From Macrostomum hystrix (taxonomy: Eukaryota > Animalia > Platyhelminthes), in NCBI GenBank assembly GCA_950097015.1, contig CATNEN010000035.1:1054001-1118000 (forward strand): DNA of 64,000 nucleotides, read 5' to 3'. Position 1 is the first letter of the stretch. Each line of letters begins with the position of its first letter. The notes beneath the pieces are model-generated. The model was not told the origin of the DNA, did not search any database, and saw nothing but the letters and a program-made list of their open reading frames with translations. Shown piece after piece: positions 12,047 through 22,885 of this stretch. Both the position numbers and the translations under genes were made by a program.

Positions 12047-13033
12047 ATGCGCGAAGGTGACTCGCAGCGTCTGCTAGCCTTTCTCAACTGCGACGTGTGC
12101 CACGAAATGGCCGACGAAGCTGTGGAAACATTTTGCTGTCGGTCGCTGCTTTGCTCTAAATGTCTGGAGAAGCTGGGCAACATCTGTCCGAAGTGTGAGA
12201 GCGCCTGCAGTTGTGCGCCGAGCCACCTGGCCAGACGCCTGATCGGTATGCAGCCGGCGCAATGCACCGAATGCGGAAAAGCAACAACCCGGTCTGAACT
12301 GGCCGATCATGCCCTTGTCTGCCTGCAGAGAGTGCGAACTTGTCCCGCCGGAGATTGCACCTTCAGTGGCCTGTCGGAGGACTTCCTTGACCACTTAGTG
12401 GAAGTGCATAGGGAGGCTATACTAAGTCATATCGAGAGCCTGTTTAAGCCGGTCAGAAGGCGTGCTGCGAGTCGCGAATCCAATCAGTCAGACAGATCTT
12501 ACGAGCCAGACCTCGACATGCACATGCACATGTTCGAGTCATTCATCCAACCGTCAGAGAGCTTGTCAAGATCGCGGGCATTGTCGCGCAGACCGATAAG
12601 AGTCACAGGCAAGAACTACTGTGGGGGTCCTTTAAACGGACCGCCGTGCAACTGCTGCGATGGAGCTTGCGGACCGAGCAACGGTTGCAACTGCCTCAGC
12701 TGCATGCGGCGCGATTTGGTCACCTTCAACATCAACCGGCCAATGACGCTGGTCAACCGGGAGGGTGCGATCTCGCGGATCAGCCCGGAAACAGGCATGT
12801 TCTACTGCGGTCGCTCCATTATGGACCACGACCCGGCAACCGACGGACGCTGCGGCCCAAACAATGGGCACAACTGCCACGCCTGCCACAAACTGGACGA
12901 GCAGATTCTCGATCGGTACGCCTCCATCGCTCAGGAGTGGAACATGGAGCAGCTCGGCATTCCTGCTGCCGTGTTTGTTGCCTCAGACGACGATGATGAC
13001 TTCATCCAACAAGTATTCGACACTACGGACTGA
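12047..13033 (+). CDS. Intronless RING + TRAF/SIAH-type zinc-finger protein with two C-terminal Cys-rich repeats (putative E3 ligase), 328 aa
   Basis: CDVC-x11-CC-x4-CSKC-x7-CPKC RING-like motif, then CTEC...H...C and CP...C...H...H fingers. GC-rich coding composition. The first ATG is at 12047 (the ORF track starts at a TTG). Confidence 0.85.
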   Translation: MREGDSQRLLAFLNCDVCHEMADEAVETFCCRSLLCSKCLEKLGNICPKCESACSCAPSHLARRLIGMQPAQCTECGKATTRSELADHALVCLQRVRTCPAGDCTFSGLSEDFLDHLVEVHREAILSHIESLFKPVRRRAASRESNQSDRSYEPDLDMHMHMFESFIQPSESLSRSRALSRRPIRVTGKNYCGGPLNGPPCNCCDGACGPSNGCNCLSCMRRDLVTFNINRPMTLVNREGAISRISPETGMFYCGRSIMDHDPATDGRCGPNNGHNCHACHKLDEQILDRYASIAQEWNMEQLGIPAAVFVASDDDDDFIQQVFDTTD

Positions 13034-15124
13034 TGCCGGAAACAATTGAGGTTTTGTCAGGACTTTCCAAGAACATCGATTGACAGGTCGCATGAAAAAT
13101 CGGAACTATCCAGTTGCCAGATTGACTCCAATTTAGCAGTGCAGATATAGTTTATGAAGTACACTCAGAAAGCCAAGTTTTTACAATGTCTTGACTTGGA
13201 AATGAACTTTATTTTTTCGATTTGATGAAAAGGAAATTTGGAAAAATCGAAGATTACATGCCGATTTAATATTTAATTTCAATTTAGCCATTAATAGTTG
13301 AAAGTTCTCGGGGCATTTCAAATACCCACTGCCAACTACACTACATCTCGTGGAAGTCCACCATATGGATAAAAATTTTCCGCCCTTAACGATGAACTAA
13401 CTTTCAAATGCGTCCGACGTCAGCATCGTCCAGATATTCAGCGACACTTTTCGAAGACGTTGGTGACAAGGAACTAACAATGCTCAGTATTGAACCTCGA
13501 TATGGCAAATCCATGTTGGTTAAAAATGTAAAAAAGAACAATATAATATAATCAACAATAACAGCCGACTTGGTTACACGATGCAATTTTTTAGCAGAAA
13601 AATCATGCCTACGCTCGTATATTGGTTGTTCTTGCCACCAGACACCCCGACGAGAATCATTGAATATCTCAACTATGACACTGCTTTTTAATTTTGTATG
13701 CTTTAGGCGTGTTCTGGATTTTCATGGCAATTGGTTTAATATTTTGGAGATGCAGAAAAATGAAAAATGAGGTGCTCGTTGAAATAGTTTTTTGAAGCAA
13801 AAATGTGTCTTTTTCTCGTTATCGGAATTTAAAAGTCCATCTAAACACATATGCCCTGTTAATATCTCCTATTCCAGTCTTTTTGCCTCCGATTGTATCA
13901 CTTTTACACAGGAAGAAACATTTAAAGTATTCAAGTATTTAAACTACTCGGTAATAACATTAATGTAGAAAGTTAAGCAAATCATTTTTTTACTTTTTTA
14001 TTTTACATTTCTTTAACCGCAGCTACATTTATTGGCCCTAGCACTTTTTGTTGGCATGTTCATAGCTGACTACTACTGAGGTAGTAAGTGAAAATCATGA
14101 ATAATGAGACGTGTGTTTGTGTCTATCAGTAATTAAAGTTCACATATTTGGTGATAAATAAGTGAATAGCTGACTTCTGTGGACACACTCATCACTCGTA
14201 CTGGCGTGTAAATCTGCCTAACTCTCTCATCGTGAGACAGTGTACACTCTCACTGTACCTGGGGTTGACATCATGGGCCCAAGGGCCTCACCAATTGACA
14301 CTCTCTTTGATTGACCTGACATCCATTTTGATTGAGTGGACTGGAGATTCTGATAATTAAACATATAGAATTGTTTAAAAGAGAATAGAGAATTGTTGAG
14401 AGAACTAATAGTCAGCACACAACCTCCAGTTTTCAGGAATTACACCAAGCCTAGTTATGCCAGATGTACAGCCATTGACACAGTTGGCTGAACTGAAACG
14501 ATATATCATACCCAAGCACAATGCGCATGGGATTTTTGGTTGGACCAGTTTTTAATTTACAGGCTGTTGCTGTATAGCAGCTACGTTCTCGCACGCACCG
14601 GCACGGCAACGCGCAGCAATTGTGATTTTCGGTATCAGATACTCGCGTAATCCAATACAACCCTTAAACTGTGTTTACACTTTGCCTGCCTACTGTAGAT
14701 TTCAAATCAGGCGGGCAATGAAAGCATTTGCTAATTTATTTCCTTATGGCACGCGAATGACAAATTAGGTGCTGTTAAAAAGCGTTCCCACAAATATTGC
14801 GAACATTCGTTGGCCACCAGTTGGCTCTGGACTGGCTAAACCTGCTGAAGAATGCGGCAATGTTCCGCTCGAGCTGCAAAAAAACTTTGTTTCCGAGGGT
14901 CTAATGAAGCGAGCGAGACGCTCGGTAGCTGAAACTCCTCCGGTTGGTTGTCGGGACCTGGCGAGAAACAGAACCAAAGGAAACTAAATTAGCATTCACA
15001 TTTTTATGCAAGGTAAAAATAATACCACCTGCGATGACAGTTTGGTGAGCAGAAGTGGTGCGCAAAGCATTGGAACCCACCTGCTCACTGAAGATTATCA
15101 GGTAAGAAATTTTTGTTATTTTGT

Positions 15125-15350
15125 AATATTTGCAGGAGGGCTGCACGCAATGGCACATCTTTTGGTGACACTAGACCCGCAGCCAGCGAGGAGACAATTC
15201 TGCCCATTCTGACTCCTGAGCACACACGCACACAGATACCGCACACAGACACACTAACACAGGTGTGTACACCTGTCCTGACCTCATCATCAGGCAGTGT
15301 GCCTTGGGTTTTGGTGCTCATAGGCGTAAACTGCGTGACAAGCCCCCAAA
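15125..15350 (-). mobile_element. SINE family A, 3' portion
   Basis: The reverse complement matches about 61650-61875, including GCTCAGGAGTCAG and CTAGTGTCACCAAA. Confidence 0.8.
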
Positions 15351-15447
15351 AACTCTGTTTGCATCACGGCTTGAAATCCAGCTTAAATTACAGAGTCATC
15401 CCCAAATAAGCCGATCAACTCGTCGACCAAGTCAAACTGGCCTCTAA

Positions 15448-15936
15448 ATGACCGGTTTTGGAGCCGGCAACAGCCAGGAGCGGGGCAGACGAGGCAGCGG
15501 TGGCAGCGGCCGCGACCTGTACACATTCCTGGCTGACGGCGACCTCGAGCACTACTACACGGCAATGACTCACACCCTGAAGGTGACGGCAGTGACCCAG
15601 CTCAAGTACGTCGACGATGCTGATCTGGTTGACATCGGGATGACCAACCCGGAGATGCGCCGGCTCAGGAAGCAGTTCCGCCGCGAGTGTCCCCAGTCGG
15701 CGTTCGATCGGCTGCGCAAGCGACTGGCCGAGGCGCGTGGAGTCCAGCCGCGGCATCGGCCAGCATCGCCCACAATCTCGCATGTCGGCTTCGAAGCGAT
15801 TGCGGACGGACGCGACAACTCGCGCCTGATACCCAGGGATCAGCTGCAGCTGGGCCGGCTGCTTGGCGAGGGCGACTTCGCTAGAGTTCACCAGGCAGTC
15901 TGGCGACCCACCGGCGATCGAGGCCAGAGACTTCAG
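15448..15936 (+). CDS. Ack-like: Ack-like (PR2/ARK-1 class) tyrosine kinase exon 1: SAM domain and Gly loop
   Basis: SAM-like DLYTFLADGDLEHYY...LKYVDDADLVDIGMTNPEMRRL and LGEGDFARV. CAG|GT donor, phase 0. Confidence 0.88.
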
Positions 15937-16200
15937 GTGTGTGCGATGAAGGCAGCCCGCTAGCAATTTTTAAGGGATATCACCATCTCGTCCTCCTGGC
16001 CTGTGCAGGGGATTAGCCTTGGACTTGTCTTTATTTCTTATGCCAATCAGTCAAACTTGAGGCCCCTTCCTTCAAGCAGCCTTTCACTTTAAACGCATTA
16101 ACAATTAATAAGACATGGACTAAAAGATGCCAAATAACGTCAAGTTCATCACACTATATAATGGTATTTAAATTAGTGCCGGATTCTCTACCTTGGCCAG

Positions 16201-16394
16201 GTAGCGGCAAAGCTTGTCCCTAAGGCGCGCCTAGCTGAACTAGCCGGTAAAGATGGCAACGACAGCGTCGCCGACTTCCTGCGCGAGGTGGCCCTGCTGA
16301 GCGACATGGATCATCGCAGTGTGGTGCGACTGTTCGGCGCATGCGAGCTCGCTGAAGACTCTCTAGCTCTGGTCACGGAGCTGGCGCCACTCAG
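16201..16394 (+). CDS. Ack-like: Ack-like kinase exon 2
   Basis: VAAKLV (catalytic Lys), DFLREVALL (alphaC Glu), VVRLFG, LVTELAPL. CAG acceptor, GTGAG donor, phase 2. Not listed in the ORF track. Confidence 0.9.
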
Positions 16395-16902
16395 GTGAGA
16401 GACTTGATGAGCGTCCGTAGCGCGAATCATTTTATTCTTGTCATTGTTGTCTGCCAATCAGGATTCTAAGATTACTATAAGAATGATCCATTGTGCTCCA
16501 TTGTTTACAAAAGCGTATAAAAAGCGTACATCTAGGATCTCTAGGTCACAATTAATAGGCTAGGACCAGGAAACATTTATGTATTGCTATCCGAGTTGTG
16601 TATGGTGTTTGCCGCTGACATCATGGAAACCTGACCTTAGCCTCGTTTCTAAAAATAGAACACCGCGTCAGAGCATGACTCATCCCATCCAGGAGATGTC
16701 ACGTGACCGAAAACTTTTGGCGCTAAAAATAATCAATGAGTTGTATTTATTTACAATAGTAACTAGCTTTTAATGCAGACGTCTCACCAAATGTGAATTT
16801 ATATATTTCTAATGTCAACATTGCATTAATATAAAAAAACGTAGGCTAATCTTTTTAAGCAGTCCAGCGAAGCTATCAACAGACTCCAATTTCCTTGCAA
16901 AG

Positions 16903-17131
16903 ATCTCTTCTAGAGTGTGTTCGCGAGCCGGCCCTGAGACCAAGCTTCCACCCAGGCGTCCTGTGCGAGGCCGCCCAGCAGGTAGCCGAGGGCATGTCCT
17001 ACCTGGAGAATCGGCACATTGTTCACAGGGACCTGGCGGCTCGCAATGTCCTGGTGTTTAGTCCTTGCCGGGTGAAGATCGGAGACACCGGGGTCAGCAG
17101 GGCCATGGGACTCGGCCAGGACTACTATCAG
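16903..17131 (+). CDS. Ack-like: Ack-like kinase exon 3
   Basis: RSLLEC, HRDLAARNVL, KIGDTGVSRAMG, DYYQ|GTGAG. Confidence 0.9.
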
Positions 17132-17202
17132 GTGAGCTCAACGGAGTAACAGACTTACAAGATGGACATGCTTGACAAGGTCACCGATAACCTATACCGC
17201 AG

Positions 17203-17761
17203 GCAAACCTGAGCCCCAGCCTGAAGCTGCCTGCAGCCTGGTGTGCTCCGGAGTCTGTGAAGCACCTCGCTTTCACCTCAGCCTCAGACGTCTGGTCCTA
17301 CGGCGTCCTACTATGGGAGGCATTCACCTACGGCTTCCAACCGTGGGCTGGCCTCACCAAGCAGCAGATCCTGGCCGCGGTGGACGAGCCGCAGCTGGGC
17401 CGGCTGACTCGACCGGACGCTTGTCCTGCCGAGCACTATGCCCTGATGCTGCGATGCTGGTCTCCGCTGCCATCTGAGAGGCCCACCTTCGCCGAGCTGT
17501 CAGCCCACCTGCCGAAGATCATTCCGGAGCGGATGAAAGCATTACGCGATTTCAGCAATGAGGACGGAGGCACAAGTGGCGATGGCGACAGCCGCGAACG
17601 ATTTCTGCACTTTTCAGCTGGAGAATTCATACTGGTGCTAGACAAGGATGCCGGCGATGGTCTTTGGCGTGGCGTGCGACTGTCTGGGGGTGGATCCGGC
17701 GTTTTCCAGCCCTGGCTGATGAAGACTCAGCAGCTAGTGCAGCCTGCCGGAATGGCTGAAG
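17203..17761 (+). CDS. Ack-like: Ack-like kinase exon 4: kinase C-lobe and SH3
   Basis: KLPAAWCAPE, SDVWSYGVLLWE, CWSPLPSERPTF, and SH3 (ALRDF...LHFSAGEFI...LWRG). G|GTGAG donor, phase 1. Confidence 0.88.
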
Positions 17762-17842
17762 GTGAGGCATCGACTGCAGATGTGAATAATGTTGGTGGTG
17801 ATGCTTGATGCAGCCAACTGATTACAAATGGACCTCCCTCAG

Positions 17843-18092
17843 CCCCCAGGGTGTCCCTGGCCAGCAGCTCTGGGCCGCCCAGTCGTGCCACCCCGATTTC
17901 CAAGCCGCAGTCTTTTCGGCACCTCGGCCACGTTGGCATCAACGGAACCGTATTTGGCGACGTCGGCTTCCTGGAACAGGTCAACGGAGCTCTGGCGGCG
18001 GCCAAGGCGGCCAAGGGCCAAGGCGGCGGAAACAAAGCCGAAGGTTGCCAGCGAAGGACAAAGGACGGAGGACGAAGACTATCTACTACTGG
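17843..18092 (+). CDS. Ack-like: Ack-like kinase exon 5: CRIB, with an apparent frameshift near 18016
   Basis: CCTCCCTCAG acceptor and CRIB ISKPQSFRHLGHVG. The donor G|GTGAG at 18093 fits the next exon only after a frame change. Confidence 0.7.
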
Positions 18093-18204
18093 GTGAGACA
18101 AAATTATCAAAATTTGTGCCAAAAATTATCCTATAGCAACTTGCTCCAATATCAGTATTTGACTTAGCAATATCGAGCAATGCTCTATTTCGAAACATTC
18201 TCAG

Positions 18205-18559
18205 ATCTCGGCGGCTCTTTGATGGACGAGGTGCTCAAAATATTTGGCGGCGAAAGCTGCGCTGTCGAACTTGGAGACTCAACAGCCATCAGCAGCAGCG
18301 ACGAGGAAGACGTTAGCATCGTGGAGCTGGCCAGGAACTCCACGACGGATGGGCTGGAGACGAGGCGGCCTCGAGCTGAGTCCACGGTCTCAAGCGCTGT
18401 CAGCTCGCTGGCCGACGAAGTCCCGCCATCAGCGTCGGCAGCCAACGCTGCTGTCATCGGGGCTGGCGCAGGGGGAGGAGACAGACGCCGATGCTCGTCT
18501 CTTCTGACCATTCCCTCCACCACAGGTAGACTGCATTTTCCTCAGCAGCAGCAACAGCA

Positions 18560-18608
<49 letters not shown>

Positions 18609-18856
18609 CAACAACTGTTGCCGCTGCAAAAGCAAGCAAGCAATTCTGAGATTGGAGGCCGGCAGCCGCCGCCGTTTCTCCATCAGCAGCCATCGACGCT
18701 TCGGTCGCTTCGTCCGAAGGAGGCCTTCCGAGCTCCGCTCGGCGCTCGTCCTCCACCGAAGCCGGTGCGACCGATGGAGCCGAACGGCAGCCCCTGGGGC
18801 TCCGCGTTCAACATCAGCCCGACGGGTCTGGACGCTTCGAACAGCGCAGCCACCAG
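18205..18856 (+). CDS. Ack-like: Ack-like kinase exon 6: low-complexity polyQ/Pro-rich tail
   Basis: TTCTCAG acceptor, DLGGSLMDEVLKIF, polyQ, PPPKPVRP. AG|GTACTG donor, phase 2. Confidence 0.75.
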
Positions 18857-19707
18857 GTACTGTTGAGTGCTAGTATGACTACAGGAGCCAATAAAAATAG
18901 TAATATTCGCAAGCGCTGTGGGCCCAGACTTTCTAGTTATAATGTCAGTGGTACACCCTTAGCTGTTCTTTGGGGTTCGCCCCTTAGGGGCGAAACTGCA
19001 GATCAAGTCCGCAGCCCAAATTACCAGTAGAACTACCAAGGGGGTAATGACATTTTTTGTGCTGCACCTGAACGGAGCAACGCAAGCACACGAAACTCAA
19101 GAACATGGGCCGACATTTTTTGCATCGTCTAAAACAAAAATCAAGTCGCCAGCTCTTCAGGCCGTCAAGATATTCAATGGTTCTGGCCGAAGGTCAGATT
19201 TTTCCCATAAGCGCTAGTGTATTTCATACACCCCTATACACGAATTAGCACTGCGCCTCAGTGCGGCCTTGCCAGGCCTTCAAAACTTATCAGCTGGTCA
19301 CTCAAGTGTGCCTGCATCATCTCCGTCTTCGGTGGTCACCTTAACTTTATCTAGACGGTACTGCTGGACCTTCAATGGCTGCAACAGGTGGAAATAGGTC
19401 ACCATGGACACCCTGACGACACCATCGCCTAGTCTGTCAATCCAATCAGTCACCACCCAACGCTATTAGCAATCAGGCGCTGCCAAAATATTTTCAGGAC
19501 GGGTGTTTGTAAAATATAAAATCGGGCGGCAAAATGGCTTTGTTGTCCTACTGTTAATGTGGCAGCATTTTGTCTCATAACGAGACCTTAAGTTCAAGTA
19601 GAGTGTATCATTGTAGCTCGTAGTTTACACAAAACAGTGGTATTAGTGTATCTGATTCTAGTTCGTGCAATCAATAATCGAAAGTATCATTTTCTTACTT
19701 TCTTCAG

Positions 19708-19786
19708 CCAAGCGCCGGGAACAAATGCTTTCCCTGACGGCTCGCCCATTGTCAAAACGCAAGGCTGGAATGAATACGACGCTGAG
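19708..19786 (+). CDS. Ack-like: Ack-like kinase exon 7 (QAPGTNAFPDGSPIVKTQGWNEYDAE)
   Basis: Strong pyrimidine acceptor TTTCTTACTTTCTTCAG and GAG|GTGAGA donor. The 79 nt length matches a phase-2 entry. Confidence 0.7.
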
Positions 19787-19900
19787 GTGAGATTCCAACG
19801 TTTATTTTTCGGCAAACATATGCTGACCTTATCTACTAATAAGTAGTATGTCAAAAATGGGCTTTCGCCCATTATAATGCATCTCTATTTCAATTTTCAG

Positions 19901-19933
19901 GGTGGCGAGTACGACGAAATAGTGAACTTGTGA
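19901..19933 (+). CDS. Ack-like: Ack-like kinase terminal exon (GGEYDEIVNL*)
   Basis: CTCTATTTCAATTTTCAG acceptor, phase 0, TGA stop. Confidence 0.65.
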   Translation, partial: GGEYDEIVNL

Positions 19934-20294
19934 ACTAGTGCCGCTGATCATTTTGAAGGAATGATTGCCCAGGCCAGCCCCAGTGAAATGAAAATTAATT
20001 GACCACAATCTATAGCGTCCACAGGATAACATACAAACTGATTGATTTTGCACATTGCTACAAACGATCGATCAAATTCTTAAATCGAGTGATCAGCGCG
20101 CACAATTCGATTTGATGCGAAAGTCACACCAAAAAATGCGAATAATATATAATGATTTATCGTACCCAATGTGAAGTCTCTGTCTTTTTTAAAAAAAAAC
20201 TTAAAGTGCACTTCATGCTCATTACATTTGGCCAAGGCTTATAACGTAAAAGTGATGACCAACAGTGTATTCTCACCCACAGATGCGACATCAG

Positions 20295-20860
20295 AGAATC
20301 ACTCTCAGTGAATCACTCTCAGAGTATCACTTTCAGTGAATCACTCTCAGAGTATCACTCTCAGAGTATCACTCTCAGAGAATCACTCTCAGAGAATCAC
20401 TCTCAGTGAATCACTCTCAGAGTATCACTCTCAGAGTAACAGTCTCAGTGAATCACTCTCAGTGAATCACTCTCAGAGTAACAGTCTCAGTGAATCACTC
20501 TCAGTGAATCACTCTCAGAGTATCACTCTCAGAGTATCACTCTCAGTGAATCACTCTCAGAGTATCACTCTCAGAGTATCACTTTCAGTGAATCACTCTC
20601 AGAGTATCACTCTCAGAGTATCACTCTCAGAGAATCACTCTCAGAGTATCACTCTCAGAGTATCACTTTCAGTGAATCACTCTCAGAGTATCACTCTCAG
20701 AGTATCACTCTCAGAGAATCACTCTCAGAGTATCACTCTCAGAGTATCACTTTCAGTGAATCACTCTCAGAGTATCACTCTCAGAGTATCACTCTCAGAG
20801 AATAACTCTCAGAGTATCACTCTCAGAGAATCACTCTCAGAGAATCACTCTCTGAGAATA
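20295..20860. repeat. About 14-bp minisatellite (AGAGTATCACTCTC and variants), about 40 copies
   Basis: Directly visible, with palindromes ACTCT-C-AGAGT. Related degenerate units occur at about 23010-23075. Confidence 0.93.
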
Positions 20861-21972
20861 ATTCTCAATGTGCTTTATATATTATTTAAGCAGTCGCAAG
20901 TTAGCCAGTTACAATTATAGTTGTGTTTGGACATCAAAATGCAGTACATGCGGCGGACATTGTCTGAAACAGAGCTGCCCAAACTAGAGTGTAAAAGTCA
21001 CGCAGTGAAATTATTTCTTGTAAAATAATATTTGTTTGAAGATCTCAAGAGAATTACCCTGCCTTCAAAGTCCTGAAGGAGAGCCTTTCATAAGAAAGGG
21101 ATCAGTCGTCCTTCCTGACGGACAGGTCTGAAGATTTTTAAACAGAAGTCTTCGTATAAAACGCCCATCCTCATTCTGTCAGGCATTCCCGCTCCCCAAC
21201 CCAAGCAAACGGCGGTGTTCCCAAATCTATTTCCGTGCGAATTCAACTCTGCGAGGGATTTGTTTATTCAGGGCGAGACTTCAGGGGGGCTTCTGGTGCC
21301 GCTCCTGTCACCACTTCAACTTGCCGGCGGGGGGCAAATGATGCCAGAAAGATAGATGAATGCTTGGAATCGGGAGAATTGATAATTTTCTGGTCGATAG
21401 GATCAGGCTGAGAGAGAGGGCAGAGCTGCTGGTCGGGATCTCGTCCAGGCAAAGAATAATAAGCTGCAGGGTTGTACCCAGTTGCGGCAGGAAGTGGCTG
21501 GCATTGGGGGGACAGGGGAGTGGGAGAAAAATCCCCTCCCTCGTGCAGAGAACCAACCGCTGGGGAATTAATAGGGAAGGCTAAACTGACAGTGTTGGCA
21601 TGATGGAATCCGCCGTACAAGTACAGACTCACCATTAAGAGTTCCCGAGTCGCGATCAAAAAGAAGACTTTAAGTTCGAGGATTATTTGCAGTCACAAAG
21701 AATGAGAAGTAAACAGTAAAATGGGCATTTTTCGTTTATGCCCTCCGGGTGCTCTCACGATAGCACTCAAAGTACTGGTTAAAAACCTAGCAGGAAAATC
21801 AACCCTGCCTCTTCTATAGATCATTGCAAAGTATTCCCGCATTAAATATTTCTCACAAAATAACTCACACGAGCAAGCTCTGAACGAATCGCTCTCATAC
21901 GCTCGTAGAATCACTCCTGTCAATCACCTCCAGACAAGCATTATCTGATAATCACTCGAAAATAAGGGTGAT

Positions 21973-22885
21973 GGTCACTTCGTCAACTCGGTTGACGAAA
22001 TGACCAAAATGCGTGGGCGGCCTTACTGGCGGTTGACGGAGTGACCAACATGTTTGGGCCCCCTTACTGGCAGTTGACGAAGTGACCAACATGTTTGGGC
22101 CCCCTCACTGGCAGTTTACGAAGTGACCAACATGTTTGGGCCCCCTCACTGGCAGTTGACGAAGTGACCAACATGTTTGGGCCCTATCACTGGCAGTTGA
22201 CGAAGTGACCAACATGTTTGGGCCCTATCACTGGCAGTTGACGAAGTGACCAACATGTTTGGGCCCTATCACTGGCAGTTGACGAAGTGACCAATATGTT
22301 TGGGCCCCCTCACAGGCAGTTGACGAAGTGAACAACATGTTTGGGACCTATCACTGGCAGTTGACGAAGTGACCAACATGTTTGGGCCCTATCACTGGCA
22401 GTTGACGAAGTGACCATCATGTTTGGGACCTATCACTGGCAGTTGACGAAGTGAACAACATACTGGCAGTTGACGAAGTGAACAACATGTTTGGGACCTA
22501 TCACTGGCAGTTGACGAAGTGACCAACATGTTTGGGCCCTATCACTGGCAGTTGACGAAGTGACCAACATGTTTGGGACCTATCACTGGCAGTTGACGAA
22601 GTGACCAACATGTTTGGGCCCTATCACTGGCAGTTGACGAAGTGACCATCATGTTTGGGACCTATCACTGGCAGTTGACGAAGTGAACAACATGTTTGGG
22701 ACCTATCACTGGCAGTTGACGAAGTGACCAACATGTTTGGGCCCTATCACTGGCAGTTGACGAAGTGAACAACATACTGGCAGTTGACGAAGTGAACAAC
22801 ATGTTTGGGCCCTATCACTGGCAGTTGACGAAGTGATCAACATTTTTGGGCCCCCCTCACTGGCAGTTAACGAAGTTGACGAAGA
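21973..22885. repeat. 41-bp minisatellite (ACTGGCAGTTGACGAAGTGACCAACATGTTTGGGCCCTATC), about 21 copies, preceded by an inverted copy of its core
   Basis: Tandem units, plus the hairpin GGTCACTTCGTCAAC-TCG-GTTGACGAAATGACC at 21973-22005. Confidence 0.92.

Noticed and set aside
17806-17808. Stop-codon readthrough or selenocysteine linking SH3 to the in-frame CRIB
   Set aside because: An 81-nt intron (17762-17842) with good donor, branch-like and acceptor sequences removes the TGA in the correct phase.
18857-18866. TGA at 18864-18866 as the main kinase stop
   Set aside because: A phase-2 donor at 18857 fits two downstream exons with strong splice sites. It is kept only as a possible retained-intron end.
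21973-22885. CRISPR-like appearance of the 41-bp (and other 28-34-bp) arrays
   Set aside because: The units are contiguous with no unique spacers, there are no cas genes, and the context is eukaryotic.
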